64,000 nt of DNA from Octopus vulgaris (lineage: Eukaryota), in assembly GCA_951406725.2 (NCBI GenBank), contig OX597818.1, positions 105,214,001-105,278,000 on the forward strand. Direction: 5' to 3'. Positions 24,541-37,185 of the stretch are shown here, in pieces (the stretch's first letter is position 1; the number at the start of each line of letters is the position of its first letter). The notes below the pieces were generated by a model. That model did no database searches. It saw only the letters and a program-made list of their open reading frames with translations, and was not told the origin of the DNA. The translations under genes were made by a program, and so were the position numbers.

Positions 24541-25497
24541 ATCATCATCATCGTTTAACATCCGTTTTCCATGCTGGCATGGATTGGATGGTTTGAATGG
24601 GGACTAGCAAGCCAGGAGGTCTCACCAGGCTCCAATTTGATCTGGTAATGTTTCTACTGCTCGATACCCTTCCTAACGCCAACCACTCCAAGAGTGTAGT
24701 GGGTGCTTTTTGCATACCACTGGCATGGGAGCCAGTCAGCCAGCACTGGCCACGTTCGGATGATGCTTTTTACGTGCTACTGGCACTGGAGCCGGTCAGA
24801 GTGGGGTGGGGTGGGGACTGGCATCAACCACGTTTAGATGGTGCTTTTTACATGCCACTGATAGGGGGAGTCAGTCAGGCGGGACTTGCAATGACCAGCA
24901 CATAAATCCTCCACATTCAGCAGCCTTTCATAATGGTTTCTCCAAGCCTCTTTCTTTGCAGAATCATTAAAAGCAAGTGCACCATCATCCATGCAGACAC
25001 ATTTCTCTCCTGCAACATCACAATTTTCTCTCACACATTGTCTTACAATCCAAAATACTTCAGTTCTTTGGTCTTCACTTCACTGAACATCGGCAAACTT
25101 CTTTTCTGCTTCTCCCTTGGCTATGTATACCTGTTGCCCAGCTTCCCTTCTGGCTATCTGGTACAGTTGTTTGCTACCCCTACTCTTCCAGGTTTTGCAG
25201 ACATGTTTCTTTGCTCTAATGGCCTTGTCTACCATATTATTCCAACACCATGTTACTCTAGGTCTGGAAAGGACTTTGCACCAGCTGCAGACTTGGTCTG
25301 TGGCGCTCAGTAAGCTGTCCTGTAGGAATTTCCAGTTACTCTCAATGTTCGAAGTCTGTAGCTCCTCCCTCACATCAAATTTCTTGATGAGGATGTCCCT
25401 AAATCTCTGACCATGTAAAGGGTTCTTTAGCTTCCAAATCCTTCTTTTCTGGATTGGTCTGCTTCTTGACATCATTCTTGCCTCAAGTCTAAAGTCA
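24541..25497 (-). mobile_element. RTE LINE deletion derivative (endonuclease-RT linker joined to 3' tail)
   Basis: - frame SDFRL...RRIWKLK...WCWNNMVDKAIRAKK...AWRNHYERLLN runs straight into the tandem-repeat 3'UTR and (GAT)n tail at ~24900. Confidence 0.85.
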
Positions 25498-25894
25498 CTG
25501 TATATATATATATATAAATTTTTATGCTTTTGATCTCTATAACAATGCAATAAAGTATTCTTCTGATGATGAACTGTTGTGATTCAGCATGTAATTGCAC
25601 TTGGAACACTAAGTGCAGTAGATGCAGATTACCACAATGGTGAAATGCATGTAGGGAACTAATGACATTAACTGGTGTCTTTCATAATATGTGCATGTGT
25701 ATGTGTCTATGTATGTATGCAGGTATCAAATGGGGGAACAAATATTAAGTGAATGTAGTTTTATTCTATTTATTCCTTCAAAGTTGATGGCTCACAGTGT
25801 CACTACACTAAATTTCTTTTTTTCAGCATTTGTTTATCTGAATGAACACACTCAAGTGACAGGATTGGAATAACAACTTCAACAAATATGTCAA

Positions 25895-25967
<73 letters not shown>

Positions 25968-25968
<1 letters not shown>

Positions 25969-26333
25969 TTAGGGAGTAAATCCAAATTTACAGGGAAAAA
26001 TTAGATTTAGGATTAAATCTAATTTCACAGTATAAATATAAATTAAATTAGAGATAAAACCACTATTAGGCAAATCAAACAGTGAAAAACATAAACCAAA
26101 ACATAAAAATAAAAATAATTAATATAATTTACAAAATATATAAAATATACTTTTTGATAGTTATATATAATTTTTTTTTAAATTATAAATATAAATTGAT
26201 AATTTTAAATTTAAATAATTTAAATTTTAAATTTTATATTTTGTAAATTATATTAATTATTTTTATGTTTTGGTTTATGTTTTTCACTGTTTGATTTGCC
26301 TAATAGTGGTTTTATCTCTAATTTAATTTATAT
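25968..26333. repeat. AT-rich ~105 bp inverted repeat between microsatellites (Penelope-like architecture)
   Basis: aaattagagataaaaccactattaggcaaatcaaacagtgaaaaacataaacc (26041-) and its reverse complement (26270-26333), flanked by (TA)n(TAA)n and (TA)n. Confidence 0.8.
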
Positions 26334-26502
26334 ATATATATATATATGCGGTAAGTGTGAAATCACAGGTGATATAGAACTAAATTCATTTTTTAAATGT
26401 CTTGCTTTGAAAAACTGCATTGGGTACGATTAGTGAAATTTTGGTAGTAATGACTTATGTCCCTCTTAGTGTGAGGCATTTATGTGTAATAATGCCCTCT
26501 AT

Positions 26503-26554
<52 letters not shown>

Positions 26555-26561
26555 CGCGCAC

Positions 26562-27819
26562 TGAGGTGGTATCAAAATGTTCCTGGACTAGTTATCTTTA
26601 GTAAAAAAAAAATAACTTATTTACCTAAATTTTAACATCATCTCTTTCAAAATAGTCACCTTGCATGGCAATACACCAGTCCCAGCATTTCTGCCACTTT
26701 TGAAATCTGGCCTGGAAGTTGTTTTCCATAAGCAACTCGAGGGCCTTCTGCGATTCACTCTGGATCTTGGCAACAGTGTTAAAACAACAATCTTTGAGCT
26801 GCCTCTTCATCTTGGGAAAGAGACGAAAGTCTGCATGTGATAAATCTGATCAATAGAGCAGGTGTGGAAGCAAGTGAGGAGAGTTCAGTGACAGGATGCA
26901 TTGTTGTCATGAAGAATTCAAATTTTCGTGCTCCGGTTGCTTTCACATAATGTCCTCCCTCAAATGCTTAAAAACATTGCAGTAGAACTCTCAAATGACG
27001 GTCTGGCCCTGAGGGATGAATTCTTAATGCACAATACTGCAAATGTTGAAAAAAACGATGAGCATGCTCTTGATTGTGCTGTGGCTCTGTCATACCTTCT
27101 TTGGTTGTGGGGATGAAGGCCTCTTCCATTGTGATGACTGCTGATTCATTTCAGGGTCACACCCATAGACCCAACTCTCATCACCTCTGAAGACCCTCAA
27201 CATGAAGGATGAGTCATCAGTGGCATGCTGACGGAGATCTTGACAGACTTCACCGTGATGTTCTTTCAGCTCAGTGGTTAGCAGGTGAGGCACTAACTTA
27301 GCAGAAACACACCACATGTTCAATTGAGACGTTAGGATTGCCTGTATGGACCCATACAACAGACCAACAACATCAGTAATAATGTTGATTGTCCTCTGAC
27401 AATCCTTCTGCACAAGCTGATGAATTTTCTCCACATTTCCAGGGGTGACACTTGTGGTAGGCTTTCCAGATTGCTCATTGTCTTTCAGGGACTTTTGAAG
27501 CACACATGTCACATAAAACATTGTGTACGACCCATTGACTCATCACCATAAGCTTGCTGAAGCATGTTCAATGTCTCCATAGCATACTTCCCAAGTTTAA
27601 GGCAAAATTTCACGTTGGCTCTTTGTTCCAACTGCCTGTTTATGACAAAATCACAGACTACAGTATACAGAAATTTCACAACTTGTGAAGTAAACAGTAA
27701 TGCCACTCAGCACACTGCCTCATGAAGATCCCTGCTAGCTCTCACTATGCATGCAACTGCATGCTGCCATCTGTTGATATGCTACAGAACTAGTGCAGGA
27801 ACTTTTTGATACCACCTCA
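26562..27819 (-). mobile_element. Degraded mariner transposon
   Basis: TIR tgaggtggtatcaaaa.gttcctg.actagt at both ends. - frames give QRANVKFCLKLGK, AKLVPHLLT, GDESWVYGCDPE and ILHDNNASCH. Confidence 0.9.
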
Positions 27820-27873
27820 TGTATATGTGTGTGTGTGTGCGTGTATGTATGTATATATATATATATTTTTCAG

Positions 27874-28035
27874 TTTCTTCTGAGAACAATGCTATTGCAG
27901 AACCACCTAAAGCTGGAACCTTGCAGCATTCAAATGCTGCGGTCCTTAGGAAGGATGCACTTTCTAACTCTGGACTGATTAACAAGACCGTGTTAAGCCC
28001 TCCAATGTTATCTGCTGCACCTCTTCAGCCAGTGA
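27874..28035 (+). CDS. Candidate orphan coding exon (Ser/Pro/Ala-rich, unknown product); frame stays open to 28163
   Basis: ttttcAG acceptor ending 27873 and overlapping donors GTGAGT (28032) and GTAAGT (28036). Non-repetitive open frame SSENNAIAEPPKAGTLQHSNAAVLRKDALSNSGLINKTVLSPPMLSAAPLQPV. Confidence 0.45.
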
Positions 28036-28942
28036 GTAAGTTCTGTCTTAGTACAGTAGCTGGAGTGAAAATCCAAGAAAGGGATCAACCTAATGGCAAT
28101 GATGGGTCATCGCTTGGTAAGAATCAGACATTTTCATTAAAAAATGTTGTATTGGAACTCTAGAACTACAAGCATTTGGATACCTTATTACTATTTGTCT
28201 GTTTCTTTGATTGATAACACCAACACATTGTAATGTGTCCATAGCTGAGAGGTTTCACTGTCAATGATTCAATTTGTTTACTCATTGATAGGTACCAAAG
28301 ACTAACACAGCTCTCTCTCTCTCTCTCTCTCTCTCACCTTGTAATGTGTTCCTATCTGATAGGTTTGACTGTCAATGACTCAGTTTGTTTAGTCATAGAG
28401 AGGTACGAAAGAGAGTACTGCAGCGAGGTCTCTCTCGTAAGCAATTGAAGCATTGTAATTTTGACAACTGTTTAATTCTGTGGATATAACATAAAGAGGG
28501 GCATCTCCTGGAAACAGATAGCAATACACTAATAGTATATTGTTCTGTTGTTTTAATTCTCTCTCACTTTACTGAATTTTAAATTTCATTCTTAATGGGT
28601 TGTAAAAAGCACCATCCGTTCGTGGCCGTTGCCAGCCTCGCCTGGACCCCGTGCCGGTGGCACATAGCACCATCTGTTTGTGGCCGTTGCCAGCCTAGCC
28701 TGGCCCCCGTGCTGGTGGCACGTAAAAAGCACCATCCGTCTGTGGCCATTTGCCAGCTCCGTCTGGCACCTGTGCGGGTGGCACGTAAAAAGCACCCACT
28801 ACACTCACAGAGTGGTTGGCGTTAGGAAGGGCATCCAGCCGTAGAAACACTGCCAGATCAGACTGGGCCTGATGCAGCCTTCTGGCTTCACAGACCCCTG
28901 TTGAACCGTCCAACCCATGCTAGCATGGAAAGCGGACGCTAA

Positions 28943-28977
<35 letters not shown>

Positions 28978-29078
28978 ATATATATGTATGTATCAGTCTG
29001 GTACACCCTTCCAGCTTGCTTGCCAGCCCTAGTCAAACCATCCAACTCATGCCAGCATGGACAACAGATGTTAAATGA

Positions 29079-29121
<43 letters not shown>

Positions 29122-29124
<3 letters not shown>

Positions 29125-29512
29125 TGATCCTCGACTGTCATAGATGACACATTCCAAAGCTCCCCACGATGGGTGAAAATTCACAAAGTAGAAACAGTAC
29201 TGTACTGTATATTTTTAAAAATCATTTTTATTATCTGTATGTATTTATTTTATTATAAATGCAAAACATATTATCTTTTAATATATTTTAATTAATGTGT
29301 TATATAGTGTACTTTTATCTATTAATTTTTAGGTGTGAAAATGCTTATTTTACCACAGAAATAATTGAAATCTAAAAATATATAAATACCTATCGACTAC
29401 AGAAACCTGCAATATACTGAGAAGTCTGCAATATAAATTTACATGTATTAGCTAGAAAAATCCACAATGTACTGATTGGGTGATAGGTGAACCATATGGT
29501 GAGCAATTACTG
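29122..29512. mobile_element. Tigger/pogo-type MITE
   Basis: Ends cagtgatcctcg... and ...gagcaattactg with subterminal gat.ggtgaa repeats. Sits after (TA)n. Confidence 0.55.
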
Positions 29513-29529
29513 CATATTATAAAAGGAGA

Positions 29530-31252
29530 CACAAGCAGGATTGGTCCTCAGCCCCACTCTTATTTACAATACTCCCCAGACCATAAGAGAGGAATTTAAG
29601 ATTGGTTGCCCTCAGGAGCTCCTCTATGCCAAAGACCTTGTTCATATAGCTGAATCTCTTCCATAATTAGAGAAGAAATTTGAGATGTGGAAGCAAGGTC
29701 TGGAATCAAATGGTCTTAGAGTTAATTTAGCATAGACCAAAGTCCTAGTAAGTAAGAAAGCAAAGAAATTATTATTCTCTGCTTGATACACAGAAAAGGT
29801 GTAGGTAGAAATTCCATATGGTGTACCCTGTGCAAGCTATGGACACAAGAGATTCAGTGGAATTGCAGAAAAGTTAACAGAGAAAGCAGTTTTTGTGTGT
29901 GGCAGATATGCAGGTACAATAATCATTTAGAATGCATGGGAAATAGATTTCCTCAAGTGTCCAGGGAGATCCTTAGATGTAATAGCTTCCATTACCTTGG
30001 CAACCAAGTTAGCAGTGGAGGAGGATGCTTTAAAGGTGTAGTTGCTAGAATAATAATGGGTTGGGCAAAGTTCAAAGAACTACTACCTTTATTGGTAACA
30101 AAGTGTTTCTCCCTCAGAGTGAAAGGCAGATTGTATGAAGTCTGTGTGTTGACAACTCTGCTACCTGGCAGTGAAACATGGGCTGTGACTGCAGAGAACA
30201 TGTAAAGGTTTGAAAGAAATGAAGCCAGCATGCTCTGCTGGATTGCAATGTTAGTGTGCATATACAACAGAGTGTAAATGTTTTAAGACAAAAATTAGGT
30301 ATAAGAGGCATCAGATGCTGTATACAAGACATTTGAAGTGCTGAACTCTAATTGTGGAGGGAACCTGTGGAAGAGGTACTCCCAGGAAGATATGGAACAA
30401 AGTGATGAGAAGTGATCTTCACATGTTGAACCTCACAAAGATGACAAGGGAGAGAGACATTTGGAGATTTGCTGTGCTTGAGAAGACATCAAACTAAGTA
30501 AAACCATGGTCATCTATACAGCCATGCCCCACCACCCAACTCGCACACATAATGTCCTCTGTCAAAACTTCCGCACCAGCTGCAGCCCCCACTCTCTCTC
30601 ACATGCCTATTCGCACAGTCTCCATGACCACACATATCTACCATACCTTACTCCCAGCCACTCCAAATTCTCTCACCCTCTCTTGCTACAAATCACCTCT
30701 TTCCTCATCTCTAAACATTTACCCTCGCACTCTTATGGAACATCTCCCTCTGAACCACTCATACTTTCTTCTTTTCTGTTCCCTGTGGGTTGATCCTGAT
30801 GTATCTCCAACACCATCTATTTCCCTCTCTCTCACTTTGTCTGTCTCTCTCTCTATCTTTCTCTCTAACTCCATCTCTCCTCCTTTCTTTTCTGACTTGT
30901 GTAGCCAAGCATTTCACTTATAGTAAGATACCTATCTCTATCCCTCTTATACTCTAATGTCTCACCTGGCACAAAGCTACTTCCCTTGATATTACATACC
31001 CTCTCCCAGCTGAGAGGTGTTTGTCTTACTTACAAGTTACTTGGTGACCCCACTGGTCTTGAGAACACATAAAAAAACACCCAGTACACTCTGTAAAGTG
31101 GTTGGCATTAAGAAAGGCATCCAGCCATAGGAACTATGCCAAAGCAGACATTGGAGTCTGGTGCAGCAATCTGGCTTGCAGGCTCCTATTAAAACCATCC
31201 AACCCATTGCAAACATGGAAAAAGGATGTTAAATGATATTGATGATGATGAT
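29530..31252 (+). mobile_element. RTE LINE 3' fragment with long pyrimidine-rich 3'UTR and (GAT)n tail
   Basis: ELLYAKDLV, FHYLGNQVSSGGG...WAKFKELLPLL...LPGSETW, a C/T-rich stretch at 30520-31030, then the shared tail. Confidence 0.88.
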
Positions 31253-31539
31253 ATAAACATATATATATATATTTGAGTGGGGGAATGTATGTAAAATGAC
31301 AGACAAACAGACATGTACTGCTATGTAACATAGCTCATATTTCAGCATATATATTCTTTTTCAGCTCATGATTTGCTCCACTGCTATAACAAGTTTCTAC
31401 TTCTTGCTTATGCGCATTCATCCAGGCAACAAGTCAACTAAATGAATGTACACAAAATGAGAAACTCGAGTAATGATCAAGTTAATACCCAGCTTCAAAT
31501 GAATGTGGGAGTGTGTGTGTATTGTGAGATATATTGCAT

Positions 31540-31870
31540 GCACACATATTCATATACACGTACAAATACACACACACACTCATATATACACATACATATA
31601 TATACACATACAAATATACATATATATATATACACATGCAAATATACATACATATATACACACATACAAATATACATACATACACATACAAATATACACA
31701 CATATATATATATATACAAATATATATATATATATACACACATACAAATATACATATATATATATACACACACACATAAATACACATACATATATACATA
31801 CAATACACATCATCATCACAGATATATATACATACACACATGCACGCACGTGTGCACACACACACACACA
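31540..31870. repeat. Compound (TA)/(CA)/(TACA) microsatellite (similar arrays at 49200-49320 and 52420-52730)
   Basis: Directly visible. It accounts for the cluster of Y/I/H/T-rich ORFs. Confidence 0.97.
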
Positions 31871-33959
31871 ATCTATTTGATGTATGTAAACTTTCTTAAT
31901 CATGTTTAGAAGCTTGTGTGGGATTTAAAACTCAAGTTAATGAGACGATTTCATCAGTCAGTTGATTATGAAGGTTTTACCAGATGCTGTAATATGAACT
32001 TAACCTCAGTTACAGATATTATGTAAACTGTACTACATTTTGCACATAACAGTGTGCTTAGAAATGAAATGTGCCTAAATAGTGTATATATATATATATA
32101 TGCTTGCTTGGCCTGAGGGAACTCATGATCAGGATTGTCAAATTGCCAATCCTCTACTGCCTTCAGTAACTTTAGGGCTTTAAGCCCTAAGAATTTCCAC
32201 TGTTTCAAATTTTGGCACAAGACCAACAACTTCAGAGGAGAGGGAAGTTGATTATATCAACCCCAGTACTCACCTGGTACTTATTTTATCAACCCTGAAA
32301 GAGATGAAAAACAGAGTGAACCTCAGCAGAATTTGAACTCAGAATGTAAAGACTGATGAAATGTTGCTAAGTGCTTTGCTTGGCATACTAACGACTCAGC
32401 CATCTCATCACTTTAATTAACATTTATATCAACCAGATGTCTTGTTACGTGTTGTACAATGTGTAATTAATAATTATAAACATTAGAGTAAATGTGGTAA
32501 GAGGATCAGAAACTTGGGTTCCCAACCATGAACCATGTGGTCCAACTGTGTGACATCTTGGACAGATGTCTCTACTATAGCCCTGGGTCAATCAAAGCTT
32601 TGTGAGTGTATTGGGCAGACAGAAACTGAAAGAAGCTCATCATGTATATGAATATATATGGGGCAGGGGTTTTGATGTTTGTGTTGTGTTTGTCCTCCAC
32701 CACCACCTGACAACTGCTGTTGGTTTGTTTACATACCTGTAACTTAGCTACCAGCAAAATCTGGCCAATACCAGTTTTAAAGTACATAGAGGAGCTGATT
32801 GACAAAGTATTTGAAGGGCTGAATGAGTGAATGAATGGATGGCTGCTCAACATTAGTAACTTCAGAGTAAGAGCTAGACCAAGGGTTCACAACTATTTTT
32901 CACCAATAGACCCCTTTGATTACTATTTTATTTTAGTGGACCTCCATAGCCATTCAATATTTAAAAACTATTTTTATAGATACTTCTTTCAAAATTCCTA
33001 TTTTGTTTCTCACACATTAACTTGTGTAGGTTTAACTATGTAAACTGGTAGAGAAAGAAGCCTAGCTGTTTCTTGCAATTTGCTCTTTTACTTGTTTCAG
33101 TCATTTGACTGTGGCCATGCTGGAGCACCACCTTTCGTCGAGCAAATCGACCCCAGGACTTATTCTTTGTAAGCTTAGTACTTATTCTATTGGTCTCTTT
33201 TGCCCAACCACTAAGTTACGGGGACATAAACACACCAGCATCGGTTGTCAAGCGATGTTGGGGAGACAAACACAGACATATACACACACATACATATATA
33301 CAACAGGCTTCTTTCAATTTCCGTCTACCAAATCCACTCACAAGGCTTTGGTCGGCCCGAGGCTATAGTAGAAGACACTTGCCCATGGTGCCATGCAGTG
33401 GGACTGATCCCGGAACCATGTGGTTGGTAAGCAGGCTACTTACCACACAGCCACTCCTGCGCCTATATATACCAACAGATACATTTAAAGCAAATTTTTT
33501 CTAGGACCCTTAAAATACTATTGTGGATCCCCAATTTATTATTTTGTTTTATGGACCCCTTAAAAATTTTCTATGAATCCCGGTTGAGAACCACTCAGCT
33601 AGACAGACCCACAGACACAAGGCCATCTGGAGAAGTACTAATTACTGCATATGACAAGAAGGGAGGAACAGACAAAAAGTTACAACATAGCAGACAAGCT
33701 GGGAGCTTCTACAAGAGAATGTGCTGTGAACAACAGACTAAATCTGTGGTTGATGCAAGGCTCCAGTATGCAAAATGACATGAGGGTGGAATAGTATGGC
33801 TGCTTTGTCTTGGGCCTTAACTTTTAATGAGGTTGTAGGGATGCTGCCTTAATAAATAGCATTTCTTGGATATTTTTAGACCTGGCAAAACCCATCCCTG
33901 TTCAGGTCTGATCACAGCTAATTTCTTCCAGAAAGACAGACAGACAGAAAGGCAGAAGC

Positions 33960-33961
<2 letters not shown>

Positions 33962-34030
<69 letters not shown>
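33962..34030. repeat. (GA)n microsatellite
   Basis: About 33 uninterrupted AG units. Confidence 0.98.
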
Positions 34031-34033
<3 letters not shown>

Positions 34034-34196
34034 GACAAGAGCCAATACCATGTATAGAATTGGTCAACTTATCTACCCTGAAGGGATAGACAACGAAAAT
34101 TGACTTTATTGATATTTAATGTTGAACTATAAAGAGATGGAGTGAATACTGCAAGTTAATCTATCTTATACTCTAATCATCAACATTATCATTTAA

Positions 34197-34523
34197 CATT
34201 ATTTACATTTGATGGATATTTGTCCTCATCTTGTTTGTTGTTAATACATTTCGGCTGATATAACCTCCAGCCTTCATCAGGTGTCTTGGGGAAATTTTGA
34301 ACCTGGGTTCTCATTCTCATTTTCAATGTTATTATTATTATTATTATTCAGGTCACTGCCTGGAATCGAACTTGGAATCTTGGGGTTAGTAGCCCACGCT
34401 CTTAACCACTATGCTATATGCTCATGGATATATCAGCTGAAATGTTGTGTTAACAAATGAAGACAAATATCCATCAAATGTAAATAATGTACATAATTCC
34501 TCATCTCTTAAAAATAGAACTGT
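34197..34523 (-). mobile_element. Small Penelope-like element with inverted ends, 12 bp TSD and an internal SINE-head fragment
   Basis: Direct repeat attatcatttaa at 34185-34196 and 34524-34535. Inverted arms ~34197-34262 and ~34428-34491. tRNA-like head at 34348-34420. Confidence 0.7.
34242..34285 (-). ncRNA. Minimal type I hammerhead ribozyme motif (probably decayed)
   Basis: - strand GACAC-CUGAUGA-A-GGCUG-loop-CAGCC-GAAA-UGUA: both core boxes flank a perfect 5 bp stem II. Confidence 0.7.
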
Positions 34524-34864
34524 ATTATCATTTAATGTCTACTTTTCCATGCTTGTATGAGTCAGGCAGAGTTTATTTGAGGTAGATTTTCTATAGCCAG
34601 ATGCCCTTATTGTTACCAACCCTCATCTGTTTCCAAGCAAGGTAATATTTCCCTATGGGCAGACATTTTCTCACAGAATAATGGAAATGAATGACACTGC
34701 TTGTATGACAATGATCTTTACAACTAACACAAAATGTTAAGACAAAGAGACACAAATACACACTCACAAATAAATACATACATTTGGGATACTTGATGAT
34801 CGTTTACAACTACCACACAATATTAAGACAAGAATACACATACACACACACATATATCTGGAAT

Positions 34865-37185
34865 ACTTGACTTGTCTGTAGAGGGAATTCACTCCAAAAA
34901 TGTTAAAATCCACAAGACACCAACATCAACTGGAAATCCCCACAGAAATAGTGATATCAACAGGCTCTACCTAGTAAGAGATGAAGGAGATAGAGGCTCA
35001 AGATCAGTGCAGACAGCTTTAAGTGTCAGACAGCATTTCTTAAGCAGCAGCAGCAAAAATAAATACATTAACTTAATAATAATAAGTGAAGAAAACAAGA
35101 AAACAATATCATACGTGTCAGCAGCAAGCTCCTCAGGAAGCATTCTTTCCCTGATGACTAGCATGCCTGAAAGAAGACCTGGATGCGAAATACTCAGCAT
35201 ACCACAAAAAGACTATGCATGAAGACTTGAAGAAGAGAGTAATATCAACATGAAGTGCGGCCTTTCTTGGACTCATGACCACTATATCACATCACACTTT
35301 GAAGGCTAAGCATTTGCAATCCAAGAGCAGGAGATTGCTACAAAATACCTAATAAACAAAAGAGGCAGTAAAGCCTTTGGAACTCCAAAAAGCAACTGAA
35401 AATGTAGATTACTGTAAAAACCCATGTAATTTACACACTTTTTTTGCAAAAATAAAAAATAAACTTTAGTGGGTGCGTAAATTACATGAGTAGATCATTT
35501 TCAGAATTTTTTTGAAATTTTTTTTCTTGAAAAAAAATGTACAAAACATAAACATCCATACTAGAAGTTGGCTCATTTAATGTCGGAATAGGTTTTTACA
35601 GAAAAAATAACGACTTAACTATAATGAAGTTGACTTTTACTTATGCTGGACGGTATAATGCTTACTTTTTCTGAATAAATTTACTAAAACCAGTAAATGG
35701 TTAACTACCTTTGGAAGTCTGATGGTCATGCTGGTAAACACGGCCCAGGCCATATTTTACATTGTTTGGAATTTCTACCTATCACAATGGAGCACCATTG
35801 ACATACATAATAGTATGGATATTCCTGACTGAAAAAAATGTAATGATATGGATAATCTTGATTGTATGTTTTTATTTTTGTCTGTTTATTACTAGGTACA
35901 GTTTTAAATTTGTACTACTGTTTATGCCAATTTCAATGTTGGCTTCATTAACATTAAAATGCCTTCTGCCAACTCTATTGCCACGTTCAAATGCATATTC
36001 AACATATTTAATTTCTTCTTTGCAGTAAACGATAAGTTCTGCCCATGCTGACAATAACAGTAATGACAAATTTTAAAGTTTGCTTGATATTTTGTAAGTG
36101 TGAAAGGGATTAAAATTTTGATACTCTGTATCATAGGTTCTGACAAGAATAGGCATAAAAGAATTGTTTACATAATCACTTTGATCGGTCACCTTCCTCT
36201 GTCGCTTGAGTAAAGTGTCATCCAAGCTGATGTTTATTGGTAATTAAACTTAATTTGCAACACCTGTGCATATTTATCAGCTTTGTTTTTGTTGGTAATT
36301 CTTATCAACAACTTTTCCTGTGATCATCGTTTGAGAAGACATACAACAGTATGCTAGAGATCAGACATAATCTCTTGCGGGCAAGAAATGTAAAATACAG
36401 TTTATTATAAACAACACAAACACTTTGTAAATTTAATAGCTTTCAATGAGATACCTGTTAAACAGAAATTATTTTTATTTAATGAAAATTTAATAAAATC
36501 TAATCATAAGTGAAATTATGCTAAATACAACTAAAGTGAAAACCTTTTTCCCCTGGCTATTATTAGCAATTTTGAAAACTTTTAGGTGCAAATTTTACAT
36601 GAGTAGAAGCTCTTTTTAACAAATTTTATCCTGAAAATGACCTGCGTAAATTACACATGTTAGCAAATTACATGGGTTTTTACAGTATGTCATATTTCTG
36701 TGAAAGACATCACACATGACTAGCAGCTGCCCAAAAATGTCAAAAAGGTACTACCTCCCTATGCAATATGACATTATCACAAAAACATTATACAATGCCA
36801 TTCAGAAAAAAGACTGTCCTGGAATAAATATAGAGAATCCTTTAGTTATTGAATACATACTCAAACATCAACACAAGGAATGCTGGTGGAATATTCCCAA
36901 CAGGCCAGATGTTGTTGTTTGGGACAGACAAGAAAATGTATGTATTGTCATGGATGTCAGCTGTCCTGTTGATGTGAATAGCTATTTGAAAATCAAAGAG
37001 AAAGAGGATAACTATGGACAACTGTTTTGAAAACTCCAGCTTACATATACAGATTATAAATTCACATTTTTACCAATAACACTTGATGCATTTGGTCCTG
37101 TGAGTACATATCTGACATTCTGGATAAGCTAGGGTTATATCAAGGATAATAAAAATCTGCAAGACCTACTTAAGATTTAAAGGAT
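34865..37185 (+). mobile_element. RLE-type (R4/Dong-like) non-LTR retrotransposon 3' fragment, interrupted by a pogo element
   Basis: AIQEQEIATKY, CCHC knuckle KCRL|CHISVKDITH..SSC and RLE motif NRPDVVVWD...MDVSCP. Confidence 0.85.
35412..36685 (-). mobile_element. pogo-superfamily deletion derivative with Brinker-type DNA-binding remnant
   Basis: TA|ctgtaaaaacccatgtaattt...aaattacatgggtttttacag|TA. The - frame KYVEYAFERGNRVGRRHFNVNEANI resembles the BrkDBD of POGK-like transposases. Confidence 0.85.

Noticed and set aside
25558-25600. ctgatga followed by a short gaa/ttc stem, a possible second hammerhead
   Set aside because: No GAAA box after the stem, so the core is incomplete.
31442-31909. 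Six overlapping 81-155 aa ORFs (similar cluster at 52394-52844)
   Set aside because: Stop-free translations of TA/CA microsatellites.
34348-34420. tRNA-like sequence (also the SINE heads at ~11830 and ~23100)
   Set aside because: A/B boxes are present but no complete cloverleaf could be built. These are SINE heads.
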